DNA of 30,982 nt from a virus (taxonomy: Duplodnaviria > Caudoviricetes), in the IMG/VR virus record IMGVR_UViG_3300032373_001140, positions 1-30,982 of that record. One strand, written 5' to 3'. Below are positions 17,133 to 26,219 of this stretch, one piece after another. The notes beneath the pieces are model-generated. The model had not been told where the DNA came from and ran no database searches. It saw only the letters and a list, made by a program, of their open reading frames with translations. How positions within the stretch are numbered: the stretch's first letter is position 1; every line of letters starts with the position of its first letter. Position numbers and translations under genes: made by a program.

Positions 17133-17605
17133 TGGCGCGTAATTATCGGGGGCGTTATGCACGGACATATGGTGCAGTAGAACTGACCCGGGTGCTCAAG
17201 AAACTGCCGAAGGAAATCGGCGAAAAGGCGATGATCTCGGCTCTGAGAAGCGGGGCCGGAGTGATCAAGAAGGAAGCCAAGGCGACCGCGCCACGGGGAC
17301 CGGAAAAGCAAGGCCGCAAGAAACATCTGGCCGACAGCATAACCGTGCGCAAGACCTCGCGGCGGGGTGAAGTCCCCCAGGTGTCGGTGACGGTCGGCAA
17401 GGCTTACTGGGGCATGTTTCAGGAATTCGGCACGCGGTATATGGCGGCGAACCCCTGGCTGCGCCCGGCCTTTGATGCGGCCAAGGAACATGCGGTGGTC
17501 AAGATCGGAAAACAACTTGGAAAAGCCACGGTCAGGGCGGCGGTTAAACTGGCCGGGCCTTACGCGAAATCGGGTTTGAAATCCCGCAGGCGGCGGAGAC
17601 GATAG
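17132..17605 (+). CDS. HK97 gp10-like neck/tail morphogenesis protein
   Basis: YWGMFQEFGT..M.A.PWLRPAFD. Confidence 0.9.
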   Translation: MARNYRGRYARTYGAVELTRVLKKLPKEIGEKAMISALRSGAGVIKKEAKATAPRGPEKQGRKKHLADSITVRKTSRRGEVPQVSVTVGKAYWGMFQEFGTRYMAANPWLRPAFDAAKEHAVVKIGKQLGKATVRAAVKLAGPYAKSGLKSRRRRRR

Positions 17606-17615
17606 GGAGACGGTA

Positions 17616-18005
17616 ATGGAACTGGAAGAAGGGCTGGTGACCTGGCTTAAGGCGCAAAGCCCGGTGCCTGCGTCCGGGCGTATCTATCCCGCCGGCACCC
17701 GTCCGAAGCAGGGGTCGGTGCCGGCGATTACCTATCTGCTCGTCAGCGACGTTCCGTCGCGGTCGCTCTCGGGACCGTCCGGATTGGCGCGGGCGCGCCT
17801 GCAACTTGATCACTGGGAGAGTACGGCTCTTCTGGCGAAGACGCGGGCGCGCACGGTGCGGCTGCTGATTGACGGATATTCCGGGTCCATGGGAACCGTC
17901 GCGGTGACCTCGATCAGTCGTTTGAATACTTATTCAAATTACGACCCAAAGGCAAAAGAGCATCGAACCATTGTGGATTATCTAATCACTTACAAGGAGA
18001 CGTGA
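17616..18005 (+). CDS. Tail completion/terminator protein (DUF3168-like)
   Basis: GRIYP....Q...PAITY..VS, R.QLD.W; position. Confidence 0.8.
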   Translation: MELEEGLVTWLKAQSPVPASGRIYPAGTRPKQGSVPAITYLLVSDVPSRSLSGPSGLARARLQLDHWESTALLAKTRARTVRLLIDGYSGSMGTVAVTSISRLNTYSNYDPKAKEHRTIVDYLITYKET

Positions 18006-18006
18006 T

Positions 18007-18426
18007 ATGAGTACAAATGCACTGGACACACAGGGCGTCCTGTTGAAACGCGGCGACGGTGCTTCGCCGGAAGTGTTTTCGTCAGTTGCTGAACTTCTGG
18101 ATTTTGATGGGCCAAGCGGCGCGCCCTCCGTGCGTGATGTCTCTGACTTGTCGAGTACTTCAATGCAGAAAAAACTGGGTCTGATCGATGAAGGTCAGTT
18201 TTCATTCGAGGTGTTCCTGACCCCGAATGAAACGGTGCAAGCCGGATTGATCGCCGACCGCACAGCCAAGACGCTCAGGAACTTCACCCTAACCCTCACC
18301 GACAGCCCGGCAACGGTTTTGAGTTTTGCCGCCTATGTGCTGTCGGTCAAACCAGGTGGTTCCAAAGACGATGATATTAAGGGCTCGATTACGCTGGAAA
18401 TTTCCGGCCTGGTCACTTGGTCGTAA
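18007..18426 (+). CDS. Tail tube (major tail) protein
   Basis: GDGASPEVF, DV..L.S.....LGLID.GQ.SF, ITLEISG.VTW. Confidence 0.88.
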   Translation: MSTNALDTQGVLLKRGDGASPEVFSSVAELLDFDGPSGAPSVRDVSDLSSTSMQKKLGLIDEGQFSFEVFLTPNETVQAGLIADRTAKTLRNFTLTLTDSPATVLSFAAYVLSVKPGGSKDDDIKGSITLEISGLVTWS

Positions 18427-18433
18427 GGCGGGA

Positions 18434-18793
18434 ATGATGACACGTAAAAAATCAAGTTCCCTGCTGACGGCTGAACAGATACTGGGTAGTGACGACCTAC
18501 CCATCGAACGTGTTCCGGTGCCGGAATGGGGCGGGCATGTATTTGTTCGTTCCATGATGGCAGAAGAACGTGACGCCTTCGAGCAGTTGCAGTTGAGTTC
18601 TGGCGTCATAAACGCCCGGGGCCGGTTGTGTGTGCAGGTCATCGTCGACGGCGCGGGCAAGCGAATGTTCGAGGATGCCCAGGCGGCGGCCTTGGGTAAA
18701 AAGGGGGCCGGTCCAATGGACCGGGTATTCTCCGTTGCCTGTCGCCTCAACGGCTTCGGGGCCAAGGATATCGAGGAACTGGAAAAAAACTGA
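18434..18793 (+). CDS. Tail assembly chaperone (gpG-like)
   Basis: VPEWGG.VFVR...ERD.FE; ends EELEKN at an A AAA AAC slippery site. Confidence 0.88.
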   Translation: MMTRKKSSSLLTAEQILGSDDLPIERVPVPEWGGHVFVRSMMAEERDAFEQLQLSSGVINARGRLCVQVIVDGAGKRMFEDAQAAALGKKGAGPMDRVFSVACRLNGFGAKDIEELEKN

Positions 18794-19137
18794 GGCGGCG
18801 GCCTGACCGCCGTTTCATGTTTCGCCTGGCGGCGCAGCTGGGCTACACTGTTGGCGAGCTGGGTCAGCGCCTGACCTCGCATGAGTTGTCCGAATGGATG
18901 GCTTACGCCCAGATCGAGCCGTTCGGTCAGGGCCGCACGGATTTGGGGGCCGGGGTGGTGGCGGCGACCGTCGCCAACGCCAGCGGGCCGCGAAAGAAGG
19001 GTCAGGCCCCGTTCCGTCCGGAAGACTTTATGCCGGGTCTGGATATACCACACCGCGACCGGCCAAGGGAGAACGGCAAGTCCTTGAGCAAATCCTTGAG
19101 GGCCGCCTTCTCTCAGTTGAAAAAAACAAAACCATAA
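18784..19137 (+). CDS. Tail assembly chaperone C-terminal part (gpT-like, -1 frameshift product)
   Basis: -1 frame is open from the slippery site: KLRRRPDRRFMFRLA..LG.TV.EL...SHELSEWMAY..IEPFG. Confidence 0.85.
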   Translation, partial: KKLRRRPDRRFMFRLAAQLGYTVGELGQRLTSHELSEWMAYAQIEPFGQGRTDLGAGVVAATVANASGPRKKGQAPFRPEDFMPGLDIPHRDRPRENGKSLSKSLRAAFSQLKKTKP

Positions 19138-19158
19138 GACAAAAAACAGGATTGAATC

Positions 19159-21264
19159 ATGGGAACAACCATTGCGGCGCTTGGCGTTGATCTGTTCGGC
19201 GGCGGGCCTGCCTTTGTCGCCGATATGGACAAGTCGGCGCGCGCCGTCAGTTCGTTTTCGGCCAAGTCGAATCGGGCCATGGCGAAGTTCGATCGGGGCA
19301 TGGGCAAGGCGGTCGGCATGGCCGGGCGGTTTGCCAAGTCGCTGAACCCGTTGGGACCGCTGGCCGGTGTGGCGGTGGCAACTGGGCTGGTGGTGATGAC
19401 AAAACGCTCACTGGAGGCGGCGGACGCGATCGCCAAGACGGCGGATGCGGCGGGGGTGTCAACGGCGTTTCTGCAGGAAAACAGGCACGCGGCTGAACTG
19501 GCCGGTGTGTCGATCGAATCCATGGACAAAGCCTTCAAACAGGCGGCCAAAGGTATTGGTGAGGCCAGAGCCGGGACCGGCACACTGACGACGCTATTGA
19601 ACAAACTAGATCCGTCTCTGTTGAAAATTGTGACGTCGGCAAAGACAACGGATGAAGCCATCGATGCGATCTTCGATGCGATGGGTAAGATGACCAACCA
19701 GACCGACCGTATGGCGTTGTCGGCGGCGGCGTTCGGTGGCCGTGGCGGCAAGGACATGGTCAACATGCTGAAAAACGGGACGGTCGGATTGCGGGCGGCG
19801 CGTGAAGAAGCCCGCGCCCTGGGACTGGTGCTGGATGAAGACCTGTTGCGCGGTGCTGAGGCGGCTAATGACCAGTTGCTGCGCATGGAAAAGGTGATCG
19901 GGGTCCGGTTCACGGCGGCGCTGATCAGCGCAGCGCCGCAGATCACGGCGCTGGCGAAAGAGATTACCGATATGGTGCCGCAGATTATCGACGGCACTCG
20001 GGCCTTTCTGGAGTTTATTGGGGTTCTGGATAAGACACAGATGTCGAGTATCCAGGCCGAAATGGAAGCCGTGACGGAAAAGATTGCGGGATTGACCGTG
20101 CATATTCAGGACCTGAATGCGCAGCCGTTGCCGGATGCCCTGAAACAGCTCAACCTGAAAGAGCCGACGGCGGAACTTGAACTGCTGACTCGTCGCTATA
20201 ACGAACTGGCGGATTCCTATAAACGGTTGCAGTCGGGTGGGGTGGGGTCAGGATCAGCGCTCGCCACCCCGCCTGGCGGCGGTGGTGCCCCAGTCATTAC
20301 CAGCGGCAAGGCTCAGGACAAGATCGCCAAGGAAATGTTTCCGGAAGGCACGGCAGCGGGGATTGAAGCGGCGTCGCGCGCGCAGGAAGCCTTCACCAAA
20401 GCCGAGAACGCGGCGTTTTTCGCCATCCAGGAATCAACGGCGGCAATGGAACGATCCAATGCCCAGACCGCCCGGATGATCGCAGCGACGCGCCAGGGTG
20501 CTGCGGAGGTTGAACGGGTGACGTCGGCGATGGAACTGGAAAATCAGGCAAAACGTCAAGGCATTGATCTGTCCAGTGAGCAGGGTAATGCCTGGTCGGA
20601 GTCGTTTCGTAAAAGTCAGCAACTGGCGTCTGGTCTGGATGAAGTGCAGCGCCAGCAGCAACAAAGTAACGAGATGTGGAATGTCGGTGCTGACGCGCTG
20701 GAAGATTTTGCACGTCGTGGAGAATTCAGTTTTGACAGTCTGAAGTCAGTAGCGCTAAGCGCCTTGTCGAGCATATTTAGGTCGATGCAACAGGTTAAGT
20801 CAGTGAGTGGCGGCGGTGGTCTTGGCGGCGGGTTTGCGTCGCTGCTGAGCTCCGGGTTTAGCAGCCTGTTTAGTAGTGGCGGCGGCACGTCGGCGCATGT
20901 GGCCAGCGAGTCGGTCGGGCAGGTCGCCCTGGTTTCCCCGTTTGCCAAGGGTGGTGATCATTCCGGTGGGCTTCGGCTGGTCGGCGAGAAGGGGCCGGAA
21001 CTGGAAGCGACGGGTCCGTCTCGCATATTCAATGCAAACCAGACCAAGGACATTCTGTCTGGTGGCGGTCGGGGGGGTGGCGTCACGGTGATCAACAACA
21101 TTGATGCGCGCGCCGCAGAGATCGGGGTCGAGCAGAAAATCGACCGGGTGCTGGCGCAGCGCCGGGCGGGGATTGTCGCCGAAGCGGTCAAGGCCAGTGA
21201 AATCCATATACAGGACTTGGCCGATGTGGGCGGAGCCTATGCGCGGACGTTGGGGCGGCGCTGA
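19159..21264 (+). CDS. Tail tape measure protein
   Basis: 701 aa, Ala/Gly-rich and helical; C-terminal FAKGG...LVGEKGPEL motif. Confidence 0.93.
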   Translation: MGTTIAALGVDLFGGGPAFVADMDKSARAVSSFSAKSNRAMAKFDRGMGKAVGMAGRFAKSLNPLGPLAGVAVATGLVVMTKRSLEAADAIAKTADAAGVSTAFLQENRHAAELAGVSIESMDKAFKQAAKGIGEARAGTGTLTTLLNKLDPSLLKIVTSAKTTDEAIDAIFDAMGKMTNQTDRMALSAAAFGGRGGKDMVNMLKNGTVGLRAAREEARALGLVLDEDLLRGAEAANDQLLRMEKVIGVRFTAALISAAPQITALAKEITDMVPQIIDGTRAFLEFIGVLDKTQMSSIQAEMEAVTEKIAGLTVHIQDLNAQPLPDALKQLNLKEPTAELELLTRRYNELADSYKRLQSGGVGSGSALATPPGGGGAPVITSGKAQDKIAKEMFPEGTAAGIEAASRAQEAFTKAENAAFFAIQESTAAMERSNAQTARMIAATRQGAAEVERVTSAMELENQAKRQGIDLSSEQGNAWSESFRKSQQLASGLDEVQRQQQQSNEMWNVGADALEDFARRGEFSFDSLKSVALSALSSIFRSMQQVKSVSGGGGLGGGFASLLSSGFSSLFSSGGGTSAHVASESVGQVALVSPFAKGGDHSGGLRLVGEKGPELEATGPSRIFNANQTKDILSGGGRGGGVTVINNIDARAAEIGVEQKIDRVLAQRRAGIVAEAVKASEIHIQDLADVGGAYARTLGRR

Positions 21265-21896
21265 TGGCGGTCCTGACTTTTCCGTCAAAGGTCCCGAATT
21301 CGGCGGCCTTTGGTCTGGTGTCCAACACCCAGGCGCATATTAGTCCTTTGTCCAAAACGGTGCAGACCGTCGAGTTACCCGGAGCGCATTGGCGGCTGGA
21401 CCTTTCTTATCATGATCTGGATCAGGATGACGCGGCGGTGATGCGGGCGTTTCTGGCTTCGTTGATGGGTCCGGCAGGTCGGTTCTATTATGGCGATGCG
21501 GATTATCAGGTGCGCGGCCCACGGGGGATTGCGACGGGAACGCCGCTGGTTGACGGAGCCGGTCAGACGGGGACCTCGATCAACATCAAGGGATTTACGC
21601 CGTCGCAAACCGGCATCATGAAAGCCGGGGACTATTTTCATTTTGACAACACGGCGAGTGGCCGCGAGATGAAAATAATGACAGCGGATGCTGACAGCGC
21701 CGCTGATGGCACGACGACTCTGAATTTTGTGTCTCCCGTCCGCACGTCGCCAGCCGACAATGCGGCGATCACGATCACCGGGGCCATGGCGCAGATGATG
21801 CTGGTTGATGATAGGCAGGCGGGCTGGCAACAGAGGCCGGGTCCGTTTGCTGATTTTTCGATCTCCGCGATCGAAGCGTTTACGGGCGCGGGTTAA
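21264..21896 (+). CDS. Distal tail/tail tip protein
   Basis: After TMP; SPL..TVQTVE.PG..W, FL..L.G..GRF. Confidence 0.7.
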   Translation: MAVLTFPSKVPNSAAFGLVSNTQAHISPLSKTVQTVELPGAHWRLDLSYHDLDQDDAAVMRAFLASLMGPAGRFYYGDADYQVRGPRGIATGTPLVDGAGQTGTSINIKGFTPSQTGIMKAGDYFHFDNTASGREMKIMTADADSAADGTTTLNFVSPVRTSPADNAAITITGAMAQMMLVDDRQAGWQQRPGPFADFSISAIEAFTGAG

Positions 21897-21908
21897 GGTT
21901 GGTGTCTG

Positions 21909-22466
21909 ATGGGGCGTGACCTGACGGCGGCGGTGCAGGCGGCGGCGGATGCTGGGCATGTGCGGGTCGTGGTGTTTGCGGATTTTGATTTCGCGTCAAC
22001 GGTTTTGCGCTTTGTCGCGGCACCCTACAACATAACCTACAACGGCAACGTCTACACCGGAACCGGGCATCTGGGCCGGGTTTCGCAGGTTGAGGAAGGC
22101 AGCGAGCAACGCGCCTATCAGCTTAAATTCGAAATTTCAGGACTTGATCCGTCCGTCGTATCGGTAGCGCTGAGTGAGGATTATCAGGGCCGCCCATGCA
22201 ATCTCTATCTGGGGGTCTACGATGACAATTACCAGATTATTGCTGATCCGGTCCTGCTGTTCGCCGGGCTGATGGACACCATGGACACGGAAGCGGGGGC
22301 GACGGCAAAAATCACCATCGTCGCCAACTCGCGGCTGATTCGCTGGGAGGAAAGTTCCGGGATGCGCTTCAACAACGCCATGCAGCAGCAGCGTTATCCG
22401 GATGACAAGGGCCTCGAATTCATGGAGCAGATGGTTGAAAAAGAAATCGTCTGGCCGGATAGGTGA
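21909..22466 (+). CDS. Tail tip/hub-associated protein (gpL-like position)
   Basis: Y.G.G.LG.VS.VEE, F.G.MD, QQ.RYP.D.G.EF. Confidence 0.75.
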   Translation: MGRDLTAAVQAAADAGHVRVVVFADFDFASTVLRFVAAPYNITYNGNVYTGTGHLGRVSQVEEGSEQRAYQLKFEISGLDPSVVSVALSEDYQGRPCNLYLGVYDDNYQIIADPVLLFAGLMDTMDTEAGATAKITIVANSRLIRWEESSGMRFNNAMQQQRYPDDKGLEFMEQMVEKEIVWPDR

Positions 22467-22473
22467 TGCGTAA

Positions 22474-22908
22474 ATGATGCGCCGTGAGGACTGGCCGGAA
22501 CGGCTAAGAGAATATTTCGAGGCCGCCGAAAAGCGGCCTTTTTCATGGGGAAACCATAACTGTTGCCACTTCGCGGCGGGGGCGGTGGTGGCCCAGACGG
22601 ATGTTGACCCGACAGCGTGTTTTACCGGCACGAATATCCGGGGTCGGGTGTCGGCCTATAAACGGGTTCGCGCGTTTGCCGGGGGTGGTGTTAGGGAACT
22701 TACCGCCAAAATCTCCGAAGACCTTGGCATGGATGAGGTCGTGCCGGCAATGGCTGGTCGGGGGGATATCGTTTGTCTGGAGATTGAGGGGTGTGACGCG
22801 CTTGGCGTTGTCGATTTGAATCCGAGAAATGCGCGGTTCCTGTTGCCGGAAAGGGGGCTGGTCCGTTTGCCCGTTCTGAAATGTGTAAAGGCATGGAAAG
22901 TCGAATGA
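22474..22908 (+). CDS. NlpC/P60-like tail assembly protein (DUF6950-like)
   Basis: R.EDW.ERL, PFSWG.HNCCHFAA, A.RGDIV. Confidence 0.78.
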   Translation: MMRREDWPERLREYFEAAEKRPFSWGNHNCCHFAAGAVVAQTDVDPTACFTGTNIRGRVSAYKRVRAFAGGGVRELTAKISEDLGMDEVVPAMAGRGDIVCLEIEGCDALGVVDLNPRNARFLLPERGLVRLPVLKCVKAWKVE

Positions 22909-25301
22909 AACTGGTTCTGATTGTCTGTCTGGTCCTGGTTCTGAACCCGACCCCGGCAGCGGCTGACCCGGTATCGGCGGCCATTGCCGCCGCGCTGGTC
23001 GAAGCCGGGGTGTCCGCCGCCGTTGCATCGGTAATCGGCAGCATCGTCACCTCGACCTTGAGCAGTCTGGTGTTGAACACGGTGTCCGGTGCGCTGTTCG
23101 GCAAACCTGCGGGATCAGGTGGGGCGTTGCCGAGTTTCAGCGCCGAGGCGACAGCGCGGACTCACGTAGTGCGCACGGCGGTCGAGCCCTTGCGGCTGAT
23201 TTATGGAGAAACGAGGGCTTCCGGCCCGCTGGCGTTTGCAACCTCGACCGGATCAAGCAAGGAATTCCTGCATATGGTGGTGCCGGTGGCGGGCCATGAA
23301 GTGGAGAGTATGGGGTCCTTTATCCTCAACGACACGGAAATCACCTCCGATCAGATCGATGGATCGGGGGTGGTGACGGTGGGTAAATACGCTAACAAAC
23401 TGCGCGTTAAGAAACATCTGGGCGCGCCGGATCAGGCGGCGGATTCCGACCTGGTGGCGGAAGTGACGGAGTGGACCACGGATCACCGGTTGCGTGAAAT
23501 CGCCTATATGTATCTGCGCCTTGAGCATGACGACGATGTCTACCCGACCGGCATTCCCAACCCGGCAGCGGTGGTTCGTGGCAAGAAACTCTATGACCCA
23601 CGCACGGCGACGACCGCCTGGACGGCTAATCTGGCGCTGGCGGTCAATGACTATAAGACAAGCCCGCTCGGCCTGAATATCCCGGACTCTGAAATCGACG
23701 CCGCCGATATCATCGCCGCCGCAAATGTCGCCGACGAAGTTGTCACGGTGTCCGACCTTAGTGATACCTTCACCGCCGATGCGACAACGGATCAGCTGAC
23801 CCTGTCTGATGAAAAAACCGACATCAAGACCGGTGATCGCTGTACGGTGTCGAGTACGGGCACCTTGCCCGGCGGGTTGGCCCCGGCGACAAATTATTAT
23901 TATATCCAGTCCGCCAACGCGGTCGGCCAGGTGGCGACAACTCTGGCCAATGCCTTCGCCGGAACGGCGCTGACGCTCACGGATGCGGGCACCGGTACGC
24001 ATACGCTGACCAAGAACGGTCAGGTCCGCTATGATTGCCACGGCATCGTCAGCCTCGACAAACCACATATTTCTGTGGTCGAGGATATGCTGACCTCGGG
24101 GGCCGGGTTCGTTAGCTGGTCGGTGGGTAAACATCATTTGCAGCTGGCGGCGGCGACGACGGCGGAAACCGAAGTCATTGAAGCAACCTGGCTGCGCGGC
24201 CCGGTCAAGGCGCGGCCTCGGGTGCCACGCCAGAACCTGTTCAACCTGGTGCGTGGCACCTTCGTTGATCCTGCGCGGTTTTATCAGCCGACCGACTTTC
24301 CGCCGGTTGGCAATATCAATTACGAAGTTCAGGACGGCGGCTGGTCGGACACCTTCACGGTCGATACGGCAACCGATGTTCTGACTGTCTCCGGTTCCGG
24401 CGGGCGTTTGAACGCGGACACTACGGTGACGCTTGAAACAACGACGACATTGCCGTCTCCGGCAGCAGCGCAGACCCGCTATCATGTCATTTATGTCAGT
24501 GACACGACATTCAAGCTGGCGACCAGTCGGGATAACGCACTGGCTGGAACGGCGATAGATTTCACCGATACCGGCACCGGTACGCATACCGTCCGCCTGG
24601 CCGAACAGATGCCGCGTGATATCGAGTTTCCGTTCAACCAGGACGCCACCCGCGCCCAGCGGCTGGCCAAGATCCATCTTGAAAAATCGCGTCAGGGAAT
24701 TTCGGTGGAACTGCTGTGCAACCTGAAGGCCCTGAAATGTCGGGTACTGGAGGTGCGCAAGGTGACGCTGCCGCAGTTCGGCTGGACGGAAAAGGAATTC
24801 AGGCTCATCGCCTTCAAGTTCAGCGGTGATCTGGGTATCGATCTGGTTCTGCAGGAAGAATCAAGCGCCGCCTACGACTGGGCGGCGGGCAACGCGACGG
24901 TTCATGACCCGGCACCCGATACCAGTCTTGCCCCGGCACTGACGGTTAATCCGGCGACGGTGTTGGTACTGAGCAGCGGCACGGCGGACTTGTTTGTCGC
25001 CGGGGACGGCACCGTGCATTCGAGGATCAAGGCGGCGTGGACGGCGGCGGTTGACAGTTTCGTTAAGCAGCATGAAATCCAGCACAAGAAATCTGCGGAC
25101 AGTGAGTGGCAGACCAGCCTGATCGGCAAGGACGCCACGGAAATCTATATCCCGGCGGTAGAGGATACGGTCAGTTACGATGTGCGGGTGCGGGCGATAA
25201 ACGGCCTCGGTGTCAAGTCGGAATGGGTCACGGTCACCGGTCACACCGTCGTCGGGAAATCGGCGGTTCCGGCGGACCACACGACATTCTCGGCGCAGTA
25301 G
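22905..25301 (+). CDS. Host-specificity/central tail fibre protein (gpJ-like), N-terminal part ending at an in-frame TAG
   Basis: LIYGETR.SG, WT.DHRL..IAY, V.G.K.YDPR, N.VRGTF.DP...YQ..DFP, AQRLAKI.L, FN3-like YDVRVRAINGLGVKSEW. Confidence 0.88.
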   Translation: MKLVLIVCLVLVLNPTPAAADPVSAAIAAALVEAGVSAAVASVIGSIVTSTLSSLVLNTVSGALFGKPAGSGGALPSFSAEATARTHVVRTAVEPLRLIYGETRASGPLAFATSTGSSKEFLHMVVPVAGHEVESMGSFILNDTEITSDQIDGSGVVTVGKYANKLRVKKHLGAPDQAADSDLVAEVTEWTTDHRLREIAYMYLRLEHDDDVYPTGIPNPAAVVRGKKLYDPRTATTAWTANLALAVNDYKTSPLGLNIPDSEIDAADIIAAANVADEVVTVSDLSDTFTADATTDQLTLSDEKTDIKTGDRCTVSSTGTLPGGLAPATNYYYIQSANAVGQVATTLANAFAGTALTLTDAGTGTHTLTKNGQVRYDCHGIVSLDKPHISVVEDMLTSGAGFVSWSVGKHHLQLAAATTAETEVIEATWLRGPVKARPRVPRQNLFNLVRGTFVDPARFYQPTDFPPVGNINYEVQDGGWSDTFTVDTATDVLTVSGSGGRLNADTTVTLETTTTLPSPAAAQTRYHVIYVSDTTFKLATSRDNALAGTAIDFTDTGTGTHTVRLAEQMPRDIEFPFNQDATRAQRLAKIHLEKSRQGISVELLCNLKALKCRVLEVRKVTLPQFGWTEKEFRLIAFKFSGDLGIDLVLQEESSAAYDWAAGNATVHDPAPDTSLAPALTVNPATVLVLSSGTADLFVAGDGTVHSRIKAAWTAAVDSFVKQHEIQHKKSADSEWQTSLIGKDATEIYIPAVEDTVSYDVRVRAINGLGVKSEWVTVTGHTVVGKSAVPADHTTFSAQ

Positions 25302-26219
25302 AATGGCAATGTGGTGGTGTTTGCATTTGGGCTGGTGGCTGATGCCGATCTGGCGGGCAATGATATCCGTTATATGGCGGCTCCATTTGTCTGGGCCGAT
25401 GCAACCCCGCTGACCGAGGTGACGCGGGGCACGCAGATCACCTCGGCGGGCATGCCGCCGGGCACGTGGGTATGTGGCATTAAGGCGCGGGATACGTCGG
25501 GCAATTATTCAGCCACTGCACTGACGACGACATTGACCGTGAGTAATGTTAACGATGTGGTGATTGCCCAGGAGGAAGCCACCGCCTGGGCGGGCACGCT
25601 GACCAATATGGTGCGTCATCATACCGGCGTGATCGTGCCGGACAGTCAGAACCTGGCGTCTGATGACGCCTGGGAAACATTTGATGAGTTTGTCGTTAAT
25701 CCGGTAACGACCTGCTCCTATGAAGGCACAGAGATTGATCTTGGTTTTGATGCTGACGGGGTCCGGGTCTGGTCAGATATCCAGAGTGGGCTGGGGCCGG
25801 GTGAAACGGCGGGCACGGCGGACCCGCAGTTCCAGATTGATGTTAAGGACGCTGCCGACAGCTATGACGGGTTCGAGGACTGGACAGTCGGCACGGCGGA
25901 TTTCAGGACACTGAAACCGAAACTGACCATCGCATCAGCGGACGGACTGCCGGTGGTGTCCGGGTTCCAGACGACCTGCGATGTTGAGGAAAGGTCAGAG
26001 ACCCACAAGGATCAGACAATTGCCGTCAGCGGCACGACGGTGACCTTTGATAACCAATTTCATATCGCGCCCGCCATCGAAGTGTCGGCCAAATCAAGCG
26101 CATCGGCACGCCACGCGACTTACGACAACGTAACAACAACCAGTGTTGATATTTACGTCTGGGATTCAGGCGGAACCGATGTCGGCGGCACGGCGACAAT
26201 CAAGGCCACGGGGGCATAA
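25302..26219 (+). CDS. C-terminal continuation of the J-like protein (same frame after TAG)
   Basis: Starts mid FN3-like domain (NGNVVVF...DIRY...GTW..GIKARDTSGNYS); C-terminal VTFDNQFH..P.I motif; no clear RBS. Confidence 0.7.
   Translation, partial: NGNVVVFAFGLVADADLAGNDIRYMAAPFVWADATPLTEVTRGTQITSAGMPPGTWVCGIKARDTSGNYSATALTTTLTVSNVNDVVIAQEEATAWAGTLTNMVRHHTGVIVPDSQNLASDDAWETFDEFVVNPVTTCSYEGTEIDLGFDADGVRVWSDIQSGLGPGETAGTADPQFQIDVKDAADSYDGFEDWTVGTADFRTLKPKLTIASADGLPVVSGFQTTCDVEERSETHKDQTIAVSGTTVTFDNQFHIAPAIEVSAKSSASARHATYDNVTTTSVDIYVWDSGGTDVGGTATIKATGA

Noticed and set aside
11908-21264. Gene transfer agent rather than phage
   Set aside because: Presence of a replication initiator, HNH/P27 cos-type packaging genes, a long tape measure and linked lysis genes argues for a true phage
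23253-24677. 474-aa minus-strand ORF (also 11755..12876, 19113..19997 and similar)
   Set aside because: Antisense shadows of clear phage genes in GC-rich DNA, with no recognisable motifs
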